Shown one piece after another: positions 33,298 through 46,525 of a stretch of 64,000 bases of DNA; positions within the stretch are counted from its first letter, which is position 1, and each line of letters begins with the position of its first letter. Made by a program: the position numbers and the translations under genes. A model generated the notes under the pieces. That model made no database searches. It was given only the letters and a program-made list of their open reading frames with translations, and was not told the DNA's origin. The stretch is from Podarcis tiliguerta (lineage: Eukaryota): the NCBI GenBank assembly GCA_965153285.1, contig OZ229115.1; one strand, 5' to 3'.

Positions 33298-34871
33298 GTA
33301 AGATACTGAAGATGTATTTATGCTTACTGAACACGCTTGGATAATTCAAAGTACTCAGGAAGGTAGAGCCAGTACATGAGTTACTTTAAAAAGTTTAAAT
33401 CACCAAAAATATATGGAGCCCCCCCCCTTGTTGGCCTCAAGTTGTGTTTTTTTGGTAAAACTTTCTGTGGGTAGAATTCTTTAAGATTGAGGTCTTTTTA
33501 GGGTTATGTGGTTTTTAAAACACCATTAACTCTTCTGTATAGCAAGTTTTGTGTAGTTACCCAAATTGTCTAGTCATGTAGGTTTAAAAACAAACAAAAC
33601 CCAGGTGAGTTCTACTCTCCTAGCTGAAGCTTGGCAGCTAAGTCTTTAATTTGCATTTGGTGTTTGAATACATTTTTATTATAATTGTAGCTCTTTGGTG
33701 TTTAGTCTGAAATAATTAATACATTTTGTGATGCACATCAGTGTTAGCTATATATTTGCAAAGTCAGATTTTTATATGTCCGTGCCCCCCAAAATACATT
33801 CTTTACATATACCATGATGGTTATATCTACAGCCTGTTGTTTTCTGGAGAACTGTACTATTTTGCTGCTCAGTCTTCTATGTAACATTTATGAACTGTTG
33901 TTAAATGGCTGTGCAAACATTTGTGTCTTGTATTTTTTAATAAGTATCTCCAGATGAATGAATTATTTAAAATGGAAGGCCATGTTAGGCAGCTTTATGA
34001 CATTATGGAAGAAATGCATTCTTTGAGATAATGGCCCAAAGATTAATAATTTAGTTTCAAATATTTTTATCCTTCTCTCTGTCTAAAATATAATCAAAGC
34101 AGCTATTAAATCTAAAACATCAGTAACTACAGTTTGGTATAAAATAAACAGCACAGCATAGCTTTTTGGTAAGTATAAAAGACAAAAGCTTTGTGAACTA
34201 CCCACATGAAAACAAATAAAGATGGAGCCAAGTAGACATCTCTCAAAATGACGTTCCAAAATATTTGCACATTGTCAGAAAAGGCCCTGTTCCTATGGTC
34301 TACCAGTGACATTTCTGGTGATGAAGTATGGAACAAGACTTTGGTGTCTCAATATTTCAGCAGGTTCCTAAGACAGACTTAATAGTTTTGATTAATAGAA
34401 TGTATATATCTGGACTGGTTTATCTCAAAACTCCTTGTGGTTGCAGAGAAAGATTTGGCTGTAAACAATACTATTACTTACTTGTGATGATTGAAAGCAT
34501 GTCCCTGTTTTTGTGTAAGATCAGAATTTTGGGTCACATAGTGCAAGTGAAATACTTATGTAGGTCAGATTAGGAGGCTTCTACTTTTTTCAGACCAAGG
34601 ACCAGTCTAAAGTGCAGACATGTGTTTGGGCATTTATACTTAATTTTCATCATACAGGCTTTGTCCTATTTGCGCAGGGTTGCATTCCTGGTGCCTGCAC
34701 ACATCGGAGCGTACATAAGCCTACTCTTTTACGCCTCCAACTTGCATTCAGACCACTTCCACAGACCACATTTGTTTGGCAGTCGTTCTGCTGTTGCAGT
34801 CTGCTTTAGATCCTGGAGCAGCAGTTGAATAACTGTGGTAATAAGGTATGCAGCAAGATATCTTCAGACAA

Positions 34872-35114
34872 TACACCTTGATTTATGGACTTAATCCGGA
34901 AGTCCGTTCTTAAACCAAAGCGTTCTTAAACCAAGGCGTGCTTTCCCATAGCAGCGGGGGCCTCAATTTACAAATGGAACACACTCAACAAGAAGCAGAA
35001 CATGTTCTGCTTCCAAGGCAAAGTTCACAAACCAAAACACCTACTTCTGGGTATGCAGCATTCTTAATCCAAGTTGTTCATAAACTAAGCTGTTCTTAAA
35101 CCAAGGTACCACTG
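34872..35114. mobile_element. Tigger-like MITE related to 3766-3916 (left end decayed)
   Basis: Right TIR GGTACCACTG followed by TA; internal gttcttaaaccaa repeats shared with 3766 copy. Confidence 0.7.
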
Positions 35115-35405
35115 TATATTTGTGGTGGGTCTTGAACATGCAAAATTGAATGTTCTTCAAAAACCAGTTGAAGATATTAATAGAACTTGAGCCTCTGTGC
35201 AAAGATTCCAGTCATAGACACCCTCAATATTATATAACATGGTTTACAGCTTATTCAATCTTTTAACAAAAATGTTTTAGCCTTTCTATGATGTGCTGAG
35301 GTCAGTATTCTACTGAATAGGCCTATTCACTCTTTTGATTTTGTTGCTTAGGTTATGATTATAACACTTCTGCAGAATAAATGTATTGTAGATGTTGCTG
35401 TCCAA

Positions 35406-35510
35406 ATAATAATAATAATAATAATAATAGTTTATACCCCGCCCATCTGGCTGGGTTTCCCCAGCCATTCTGGGTGGCTTCCAACTGAATATTAAAAACA
35501 ATACAGCATC
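35406..35510 (-). mobile_element. Short L2-type 3' end with (ATT)n tail
   Basis: (aat)n then tttataccccgcccatctggctggg. Confidence 0.6.
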
Positions 35511-37258
35511 TTCCACTAATATGTTGTACTAGTTTTGAATGCTTGCTTTAACTTGTACTAAATTGTTTGCTTGCATTTGAATAATCTATATTTTCTTATG
35601 CTTTTAAATTAGGGATTAATAAACTTTTTTAAAGCCTTTTCCTATTTCTCATTTGCAAATCTATTGCATAGTAATTTGTATCTGTGACTGTCATAACATC
35701 TTAAAGGTGACACTGCAGATTTCAAACCTGTTTTATTTTAAAAGAAAACTCTTTAATTAAGAGTACTTACTACAGTAAATATAAGCAACATTGTAAAACT
35801 GGACAAAATATATTACAACACAAAACCACTGTTATCAGCCTGAAGGGAAGGGTTTAAATAAAACAGTAACTATTATAATTATAATTATTTCTACCAGGAA
35901 CTAAATGAACTTCAGAAAGACTGTGACATCACATTTTCACCAAATATGATGTACAGTATCCAGTACATTAATAGCCCTTCCAGCACTTAGACATTAGGAT
36001 GAATGTGAAGTACTCTGTATCTTCATGAGATTTAGCATTATTAGTGGATGACTTTGAACGTTGCCTCTTTGATCTAGCATAGATATATTGAAAAAATGTT
36101 TAAATGAAATTTGCTTCCAGTATTCTGGTGGCATAAGCTGGTTTCCTGATTTGTTTAGTAATGGGAAAATGTGATTGTAAATCCCAGGCAACATGGGACC
36201 ATTGGAGCATTTATTTTTCATACTTCTGGCTACTGACTACTTGGTTGTTTAAGCTAAAGTTCATTTTATAGTTCTCTCTGCAACCATAAGGAAAAAGGAA
36301 GGTTCTTCTGATGAGCTTAAACTAAATCAAAGCCAATTTATTGAAAATTTTATGATACTTCAAAAGCAATTATGTAAGTTTTTATCCCTTCATGTTAGCA
36401 AGCTGATGAATGGTTTTAAAAGCATTTTCTTTTAACAAAAAAAGGTTTTTTTTTTTAAAAAAATCATGAACATTTTAAATACTATTTCCTTTATCACATT
36501 ATTTTTCCTAGAGATGCCAGTCCTTTTTTAATTTAGGAAGGCTTTTAACAGTACTATGTAGCTATTTCAGAGTGGCATTATCTGAAACAGCAACATAATC
36601 AAACACAAGGTGCAGGAGAGGTGTATTACTGGTTCCTATCTGACTTCTAAAATACATCTTGCAGTGCCTGGTAATTCTAGAGTTTTCCATCCAAACACCA
36701 AACCAAGTATTGGCTTGCTTGTATAAAGGAATTAATGGCTTTGTGAAAGCTGCAGAGTAGGAGGAGATTCTTTAAAAAAAAAGAACAAAAGTGAGGAGCA
36801 AGGAATAGGCTGGAGAGATTTCATGTCTCTAGATACCAAGCAATGTGATGTATAGGAATTTTGAAGTAGTTATGCATTCCTGTGTGGGACTGAAGTATAA
36901 GATTGTGACATAAGATAAGTGTTTTAAAAATAAAAAGTTCGTTGGTGCACAGGAGCCTAAAATATTCCAGCCTTGCGCTAAATGAGCTTAATGCAAGAAG
37001 TTTGCTTTTGGATTGCCATATCTGAAGCTGGCGTTCTCCAGAAGGATTTGTCTTGGTTCCAGTTTTTGACTGTGTTCTTGTCAACAGCCTTTAACATTCC
37101 ATACTGCAACTTACTGGAAAGCTTTGATGCAATCGTGCTTTAAAAGTACCTTGTAGAGAAAGCTGCATGAATAGAGATCACAAATTGTAAATTGATTTAA
37201 GATCTGCAGGAGCTTTTAAACATAAGTATCTAGGTTAAGCATATGGTGTCTTAAATAG

Positions 37259-37437
37259 NNNNNNNNNNNNNNNNNNNNNNNNNNNNNNNNNNNNNNNNNN
37301 NNNNNNNNNNNNNNNNNNNNNNNNNNNNNNNNNNNNNNNNNNNNNNNNNNNNNNNNNNNNNNNNNNNNNNNNNNNNNNNNNNNNNNNNNNNNNNNNNNNN
37401 NNNNNNNNNNNNNNNNNNNNNNNNNNNNNNNNNNNNN
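37259..37437. other. Assembly gap (179 N) covering the RBM12 acceptor and first ~42 codons
   Basis: Run of N; the frame resumes with AFIVFATDEDARLGMMRTGG. Confidence 0.98.
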
Positions 37438-39955
37438 GGCTTTCATCGTCTTTGCCACTGATGAAGATGCAAGGCTGGGTATGATGCGCACAGGTGGTAC
37501 CATTAAAGGGTCCAAAGTAACACTGTTGCTGAGCAGTAAAACTGAAATGCAGAATATGATTGAACTCAGTCGCAGGCGCTTTGAAACAGCAAATCTAGAT
37601 ATGCCACCAGCAAATGCTAGCAGGTCTGGGCCTCCACCTAGTTCTGGAATAAGTAGCAGGGTGACTCTTCCTACGACAGTACCTAACTTTAACAGTCCCT
37701 CTCCTAGTGTAGTTACTGCAGCTACTTCAGTTCATGAAAGCAACAAAAACATACCAACATTCTCCACTGCCAGTATGGGAACTGCTCCTCCTAATATTGG
37801 TGCTACTTTTGGAAGTCCCACCTTTAGTTCCACCATACCTAGTACAGCATCCTCAATGAACACAGTACCACCTCCACCAATACCTCCAATTCCAGCTCTG
37901 CCATCATTGCCCCCAATGCCTTCCATTCCTCCCATCCCTGTCCCACCTCCAGTACCTACACTGCCTCCTGTTCCCCCAGTTCCCCCAATACCTCCTGTAC
38001 CTCCTGTGCCACCTATGACCCCTCTGCCTCCTTTATCAGGAATGCCTCCAATGAATCCCCCACCTGCAGCACCTTTGCCTACAGGAATGAATGGATCTGG
38101 AACAGCCATGAATCTGAGCTCTAACTTGAATCCAATGTTCATGAGTCCCATAAATCCTATTCAGATCAATTCTCAAAGTGGTGTAAAATCACTTCCTATC
38201 AATCCAGATGATCTGTATGTCAGTGTGCATGGAATGCCATTCTCAGCAACAGAATCTGACGTGAAAGACTTTTTTCATGGACTTCGTGTGGATGCAGTGC
38301 ATATACTGAAAGATCATGTAGGACGAAATAATGGAAATGGATTAGTTAAGTTTTGTTCTCCTCAAGATACATTTGAAGCCTTGAAGCGAAACAGGATGCT
38401 GATGATTCAGCGCTATGTCGAAGTTGGTCCTGCAACAGAGAGACAGTGGGTGTCTGCAGGAGGCCATATAACATTCAAGCAAACCATGGGTCCTTCTGGA
38501 CAAAATCATCCTTCTCCTCAGACTCTCTCTATGTCTAAATCACCTAATGGTCAGAAAAGATCCAGATCCAGATCACCACATGACCAGGGCTTCTGTGTTT
38601 ATTTAAAAGGACTTCCTTTTGAATCTGAGAACAAGCATGTAATAGATTTCTTTAAAAAGCTGGATATTGTGGAAGACAGTATTTACATAGCTTATGGACC
38701 CAATGGGAAAGCACTTGGTGAAGGTTTTGTTGAGTTCAGAAATGAAACTGACTACAAAGCAGCTTTATGTCATCATAAGCAGTACATTGGAAATCGTTTC
38801 ATTCAAGTACATCCCATAACAAAAAAAGCTATGTTAGAAAAGATAGAAATGATTCGGAAAAGACTGCAGAACTTCAACTATGATCAGCGTGAGATCATTA
38901 TGAATACCGAAGGGGAGACTGGCCCTTCTAAACTCTGTGCACATATATCCAATATCCCCTACAACATTACTAAAATGGAAATCCTTCAGTTTCTAGAGGG
39001 ACTGGCAGTGGAAGAGAACTCTATACAAATTCTTGTTGATACTAATGGGCAAGGTTTAGGACAAGCACTGGTCCAATTCAAAGCTGAAGAAGATGCTCGT
39101 AAATCAGAGCGCCTGCATCGAAAGAAACTAAATGGGAGAGATGTTGTGCTAAGAGTGATTTCCCTGGAAGAAATGAGAGAAATTGAGAGAAATCCTCCCT
39201 CCCAGGGGAAAAAAATGTTGAAAATGCCATTGCAAGGGAGTGCACTAATGCCAGGAGTGCAGAATGCTGGTGGGGATAAACATTCTTTCATAGGTAATAG
39301 CCCCAAAGATGCAAACAGTGGTCCTCCTTTTCATTTTCCCAGCAATTTCAGTGGGTCTAATGCATTTGGCCCCCCTCTTCCACCTCCAGGAATAGGAGGT
39401 GGCTTTGGTGATTCAAGGCCAGGGATGCCTTCTATTGGAAATAGTGGCCTGCCTGGTCTGCCTGGTTCAGGAATTGATGTTCCGGGTTTTGGAGGTGGGC
39501 CTAGCAATTTAACTGGGCCATCAGGTTTCACAGGAGGTCCTCAGAACTTTGGAAATGGGCCTGGTAATTTAACTGTTCCTCCTAACTTTGGTAGTGGACC
39601 TCCAGGTCTTGGTGGTGCGCTTGGACATTTAAGTGGACCTCCAGGGTTTGGACCTGGACCTGGAAACTTGCATATTGCTGGGCCACCTGGGTTTGGAGCT
39701 GGCTCTGGAAAGCCAGGGCCAACTGTCATTAAAGTTCAGAATATGCCCTTTACTGTATCAGTGGATGAAATTTTGGATTTCTTCTATGGTTACCAAGTAA
39801 TCCCAGGTTCAGTGTGCTTAAAATACAATGAAAAGGGCATGCCAACAGGTGAAGCAATGGTTGCATTTGAATCTCGTGATGAAGCAATGGCAGCTGTTGT
39901 TGATCTGAATGACAGGCCAATAGGCTCAAGAAAAGTCAAACTTGTTCTAGGGTAG
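37438..39955 (+). CDS. RBM12: RNA-binding protein 12, single coding exon, 5'-partial (true start in the gap, ~880 aa in total)
   Basis: Uninterrupted ORF: end of RRM1, Pro-rich tract, RRMs (LYVSVHGMPF, FCVYLKGLPF, CAHISNIPY), Gly/Pro-rich region, terminal RRM GPTVIKVQNMPF...IGSRKVKLVLG*; synteny with NFS1. Confidence 0.97.
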
Positions 39956-41532
39956 CTGGTAATATAAAATGTTTGTAGAATAGATATTAGTGCTGTGATT
40001 TATGCATTCAGACTGTTTTATAGTAGCTCCAGGTTAGAACCTATAAATTGTTTAAACTTTCCATTTGTTTTGATTTGACTGGTTTAATTGTTTACAGAGC
40101 AATCACTGCAAGGGGAAATGTGCAGTTGTTCTACCAGTACAGATACATAAAGAAGGATTCTCATCAGTAGAAAAAGTTTGCTAATGCTAAATTAACCATG
40201 CAATGTTTATCAAGGAGTCTAGATTGTGTTTTTGTTTTTTTGAAATCTTGGATGAGGAAAGCTGTCTTGATGAAGTTAGTGATCTCTTAGTGGGTGCTGT
40301 TGCAAGCTATTGTAAAATAGGAAGTAGCTATTTCTAGAGTTGGTTAAAAGCTGGCTGAATTTCTTTGTTTACACAGGTCAAAGTTTTTTTGTTTTTTGGG
40401 GGTTATTTTGCTTAAAAGTCCCGAGTTTAACATTGCAACTGAATAAAGTCTAAGTATACACAGATTGTTTATGTACCTTATTTTTTCAAAGATTCTTGGT
40501 GTATGGACAGTGAAATTATGTACATTGAGAAACATATAGGCAGTTTTCCTATACATAAACAGAACAATCTGTAAAATTCCAGCTTTTGTGGAATAATTTT
40601 AGTTCATATTTCAACTGACTGTATAGAATAAGGCTTTTGCCACAAGTGCAGATACCTTCATTTATTACTCTGCATCTTTACTGTATGCTTAATATTGAAT
40701 ACATGGAGGTGCCATACCATGCCACAATTTGAAAGTATAACTGTTTGATTAGATGGATTTGTTAGGATTGTATGTTACAGTTGGGATAGGATCCTCATCA
40801 CTTGGTTTTTGTACACTCTGTATGTTGTGTATATTTTTGAACCACACCCTTCTGAAATCTCTTGGTTTATTAAGTGAACATAAGGGACTGATGCAAAGTG
40901 TTAATGTTAGCAATCATTTGTGTTACTATGATTCCATGAAATCTTGTGAATTATTGCTATGATCACTTAAGATATTAAAGCATTGAAATGTCTCCCGTCA
41001 CCAATTGAGTTCTTAAAGTCTTTCCAATAGATTACATTGTTCAAATTCTGTGTAGAATTGTCACTTTCTTGGTAGAACTCTCTTATGAAAGAGGGAAGAT
41101 GCAAATCAAAGACTGTCCATGATTAGATTCAACAAGTTGCCTGAAAAAACACTTGCAAATCATTGTATATTTAAAAAACATTTTAAGCTATTCTGATCCC
41201 AGTTAAAGGGAAACAGTGTCCATTTGAGTTGGGTATGATGGAACATCTGAAGTGCACAGCCTGGCATAATGTAGACATGCAAGCGGCAACCATTCTATTC
41301 TAGTCATCCAGTGTGTTAGGTGAATGAAAAAACATGCTGAATTGCTGCATCATGAGAGGATTTTGCAGTACAGTAATTCAAGGATTGTGTGAAAGTGTTG
41401 CAATGAAGTGGTGGCTGTATTACAAATTTTGTAATTCATGGATTTGAAACTGTTTTGACAGGAACAGAGATGGTGCATTCCTGAAAAATGACATGATTGT
41501 ACTACACTGTTAAAATTACTAAGCCTCCTGTT

Positions 41533-41624
41533 AATAAAACTGTCTTTCTGAAGTTTCTTGCTATCTATTTTTAATTGTCTGGTGTGTTTCAACAGCAGAC
41601 TTCTTTTATTGAACGGTCAATAAA
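41533..41624 (+). terminator. RBM12: Candidate RBM12 poly(A) signals AATAAA (41533-41538, 41619-41624; also 40442-40447)
   Basis: Canonical hexamers after the AU-rich 3'UTR. Confidence 0.45.
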
Positions 41625-43805
41625 AATATTACATTTTGAGGAAATGGCCTGAATAGGGAATGAGCATTTTCTACTTCTATTTTTAAAGTTTGTTCTCTAA
41701 TTGCCAACTAGTTTGCAATCATATGGGTATGACTGCAGGAATACAAATCCTGAAAAGTAAAATCATGAGGTTGAACTGAAAGGTTCTGTTTCATGAATGA
41801 AATGACTTCTTTCAATCACTGATGACTATTTCCATGGATGGGCATCCCTTTAATGAGTGGAATGGAACCTTTGGATTTAGCCCAATGTTTTATTTCAAGA
41901 ATTGGTTGAATTTTGAAAGTAGTATGTAGATGAATTGGTAACCATACTTAAATATTGAAAAATCCTAGCATTGCTTTTGTTGATGTTAACTTCAATTAAA
42001 CTGGTGGTTTTTAGTCCTCTGTCACTTAATGGTTTTGAACGCTTCGTTTCACTTTGAAGTGGAATTGTTAGGATACTTCTGCAAATATTCTAGAAAATAC
42101 AGCAGGGTACTAGGAAACTCTTGTAGATGTGTTTCTTCAGATTGTTATGCAGATGGTGTCTGAAATCCCATCTGATTCATATCCTGTATACTGTTTAAAA
42201 ATTAAAAAATAGTGCACTACTAAATCTTTTTTAAAATGAGAGGATATATTTGTCTGAAGTTTTTAAAATTGCAGCTGATCTTGCTAAAGCTATACTCAAA
42301 GCTTAATATTTATATTTGGTGTTTATATACTGTCCATTTAATCATGTCCTCTGGTCAGTGGCTATATTGACACTTTAACACCTCAGTATACACATCAGAT
42401 ATTGGAAAATTCAAGTGATGTTATTGTAGGGGTTTTCTTAGTGGTGTACAATCTGAAATTAATTTGGGAGCTTGTGTTAAAGTTTTGACGAGAAGACAAT
42501 GTTTTCCTGGAAAATTCTGCAAGATGGATTGGATCCTAGAAGCCACTTACAGAATGTGCTGTCTCACCCACTCCAGGATTAGAGGATCTTTATGTATATG
42601 GAGGAGGGAGTTACAAGACACCATAGGACCCACCTTGCATTAACAGACATTTATTCTTCCCATACTAGAGTCCCTTTTTATTCCAACTCAATGAGTAGAA
42701 CAAACAGCTAAATTTTGCTTATTTTATCTAAGAAAACTTTTACAGTGCAATCTTATGCCTATTTACTCAGAAGTCAGTCCCATTGAGTTCAATGGGTCTA
42801 TTCTTAGGTAATTATGTATAAGATTATATTTGCAGTATGATTTCCAGTGTACAACAGATTGTCACCCTCATTGGAGTAGCTAAATATTTGTTTAGAGATG
42901 AAAGGCCAGAGAAATACAAGCAATATGTCTTTCAGATTCCAGTTAGATTTGTCTTTAATATTGGAGGTCCCAGTGGCATCTGTTAAATGAAACACCAGTT
43001 TCACCTAGTGTGCCTGCTGCCATGCCTCCTGGGCATAATTCGCCTTTCTACAGTTATCTTTGCTGTTGACATCCATACTGCATAGTGTTGTATGTAGGAT
43101 GTCCAAATTTCACTTGAAATAGCTGCTTGGAACTTATCCTGCCAGTATATATTATGTTTTAATATTAATTCAGTTGGTTGGATCCTGAGAGAAAATGAGT
43201 GGAACTCTGCTCGCACAATGGGGTTTTCTTGGCTCATCTTCCACACATCAATCCTCTGTGCCCCCTGAAAAGCTGTTCCTGAAGGTCAAGGGTCCTTTTG
43301 AACACTGTTTGATGGGGCATGTGACTACAGAAGAAAATGGGTACAGATTGAGAGGCTGCCTTGTACAAATGGAAGTGCCTTTCTGCTTTTAGGAAATATC
43401 TTTGGATCCAAGCCATTGAGTACAAGTAAAGTACTATACTAGTCTTGATTGAAAGTTCAGAATTGGGGCTTCTGAAGGGCGTCTGATTCTGTCTAAATTC
43501 CTTGAGATCTTTAGAGACCCTACTGTGGGTGCCCCTGCTTTTGGAGATTCAGTGGATGACTAAAGGGGATAGGGTGCTGTGAGTGGTGATGTCCAATTGA
43601 TGGAATAAATTGATAGAACCACTTAGCTAGCCCCTAACTTTGCTAGCCTTTAGCTAACATTGGGGAGCATTAGATGGATTTAATTATATTTTTTGCTCTG
43701 CTAACGTTATTTAAGGAGCAATATTGTAGAAGGCATAGTGAGTCTTGTTTCTCAACATGTAGCTTGATGTTCTCTAAGAGTATGAAATTAATATACATCT
43801 ATATG

Positions 43806-44052
43806 AACCAATGGCTTCAAGTTACAAGAAAGGAGATTCCAACTAAACATCAGGAAAAACCGCACAGTAAGAGCTGTTCGACGGTGGAACGGTCTCCCTT
43901 GGGAGGTTGTGGACCCTCCTTCCTTGGAGGTTTTTAAGCAAAGGTTGAGTGGCCATCTGCTATGGATGCTTTAACTGAGATTCCTGCATTGCAGGAGGTT
44001 GGACTAGATGACCCTTGGGGTACCTTCCAACTGTACAATTCTATGATTCTAT
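43806..44052 (+). mobile_element. CR1 LINE 3' end
   Basis: NGFKLQERRFQLNIRKN-like coding, ggttggactagatgacc, attctatgattctat tail. Confidence 0.85.
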
Positions 44053-46253
44053 AACCCAGTTTTCTAGATTTTGATTAGAATTTTATAAACTGCCTTTCTG
44101 CTTTAGAGTGTTTGAAGCAGCGTTCAGGAAAAACACCTAATAGTACACTGCCAGAGTATACGGCACTTTATTAAATCAATACCACACAGTTATTCACCAT
44201 GAGGAGGCTACTTACTAAATTCTAACTACGAGAAAGAAGAAAAACGTATAAAAGAGAGATAAAGGTGGAAGGAATAATTTTTGTGTTCAGCTGCACACAT
44301 TTAGGCATTTTGTCTTTGGGTGAGAAGCCTTTATGGAAGATAGACGTTTTGAGATGTGATGCAATATTGATTTATAAAGAGGAGCAAACAGTAGAGCCAT
44401 TTAAGTGAGCTAGTGGCTTTTGGGAAGCCGAGGACACCAAACATGATGGTGCCCATTGTTATGACACTTTACTGTTAAACAACTATTTATAATGACTTAA
44501 AATAATTTCTGTTAGAAGATGCTGTTATGTTAAAACCAAGCACTCTCAATTTTTAAAAAAATATATCAGATATTGTGTTAGAAAATAAAGCTACCACTTG
44601 GTGATTCAGTTAACGAAACCTATGCACATAAGCAGGTTGATTTCTGTTTTATTTAACAATTTATATCATGTTTAATTGTAAGCACCTCTAAGAAGTTTAC
44701 ATAACATATATAATATTACAACAAAGAATAAATACTGCCTCAACGAAGAAGTTTTTAGCAGGCACCAAAAATAGTACAGCAAAGGGACCTGTATAGTGCC
44801 AAAAGGAATTGCGTTCCAGAGGAGGTGTGGCATTAACAGCATTGTAGGCAGTATTGAGTTCAGTACACTAAATAGGGGTCAGCAGCTGGAAGTGCTTGTG
44901 CCAAATTCATTCAGCCAGCAACACAGAGGCAGAAGAGATGTTGAGGCTGCAATATCTGTGGCATCAGCTTGCTGGCAGGCCACTTTTTAGGGACTGCATG
45001 TGGGATTTTGGCAAATAAGCATCCACTCATTAAAGTGAGAGGAAAACACTGCTGACTTGCAGCATACAGAAATTTGTTTTTGATCTGTTGTTGGTCTGCC
45101 GATGCATAAGACATTAGTCCTTACACTGCATAAGTGATTGATTGTAAAGAGCATATGGAAAAGACACTGCCAGATTTCTGAAATTGTGATAATTTCTCGT
45201 AGTGAAAAATGCTTTATTTTGGTGTTTCTATTCTACATAGCATGATTACTTGTGCGAGGAACTTGGCTTTGTGTTTGTATTTTTTTAAAAGCAAAATTCT
45301 GCATTAAAAGAAGAAAATTCCTGCAGCCTGTCTAAATTACACAACTTAATTTTGCTTGCTTCTGCTTCTCTTTATTTATCGCCCATGCACTTAATCTCTG
45401 TCCATGATACCTAGAGACTTGGACTTTATATTCAAAGTCTTCATGTAAATCGTGGTTTTATGTATTTATGCAGACTTGTATACAGGCAGCTTTATTTTTT
45501 TATTTGTTGTGTGTGTGGCCAAGGACATGTCTCTCCCAGTATATCTTCACAGCTGCCTTTATGAAGAATAGTGACTGTCCAAGGATTTACACAGTGATCT
45601 TCATGGCTTAGTGGGGGTTTGAATGTGGGTCTCTCATAGGTCCAACAAAATTCTGTTGTAGCTTAGGTGTGTGTGCACAACTGTCCCCTGTTGTAACTAT
45701 TATTTTTGGTGCAAGACTTAAGTTCTAATTGGTGGCAATAAAGTTTATTGCAAAATGTGCCTGAGCATATGAAAAGTGATAGGTTGCAGGTACTCAAGCT
45801 ACAATTGCGGCAATTTTCAGGCAGCCTTTCTTTCGATTTCAGGTCCTTTCTGTGGATTTTGAGATTTTTAGGTTAGCTAGCTTTGGCCTTTGCAGTACAG
45901 TGTTTGGTGAAATAGTTACTTGCAACAAGTTTAGAAAATTGTTGTTTTTCCTTTCTTCTGACTTGTACTTCTATTACTCAGAACAAGTTTAAATGTATTC
46001 ACCACTTAGATGGTTTAGCTCACAAGTTTATTAATACATGGGCCTTCCACCAAAAACCGAATGTGTCATATGTGAGAGACAGATATTTTTGTGCTAAAAT
46101 TGGTTACTATGGTGCAGCAGAACATTAGTTTGCAGGTTCAATATGAGTGTGCTCTACCTTTTAAACCGGGATTTGCTGAATGATCCTTTCTCTTAAACTT
46201 GTTTAGGTGTAGTTAACAGATATTTCTCAAATACATATAGATTAATTCCAGAG

Positions 46254-46525
46254 TAGTTGTTCCCAAACTTTCCCCCGCTATGGGCCACTTGAAAATTGGT
46301 TGGCAGACCACTTAGTTATTTTTCTTCCTGTTGTAGCAATTGTCATGCACTTGCAGATGCTGTGTGATTTTTACTTGTATTTAATTGTATTACAACTTGT
46401 ATTCCAGAGAATAAAATTGTAATACTATATGAGAAATGAAAAGATAAAATTCAAATGTATATTTATTGTGGACATGCTATGGATCACCTGGGTGAAGCTC
46501 GCAGACCACAGTTCAGAAACCCTTG
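46254..46525. mobile_element. Non-autonomous hAT element, inverted relative to 48717-49061
   Basis: Begins tagttgttcccaaactttccccc; aligns by eye with the reverse complement of the 48717 copy. Confidence 0.65.

Noticed and set aside
34594-34845. Possible extra 5'UTR cassette exon (ttttttcag| ... AAG|gtatgc)
   Set aside because: Splice-like motifs only; no independent support
37732-39729. Antisense Gly/Pro-rich ORFs within RBM12
   Set aside because: Shadows of the low-complexity sense codons
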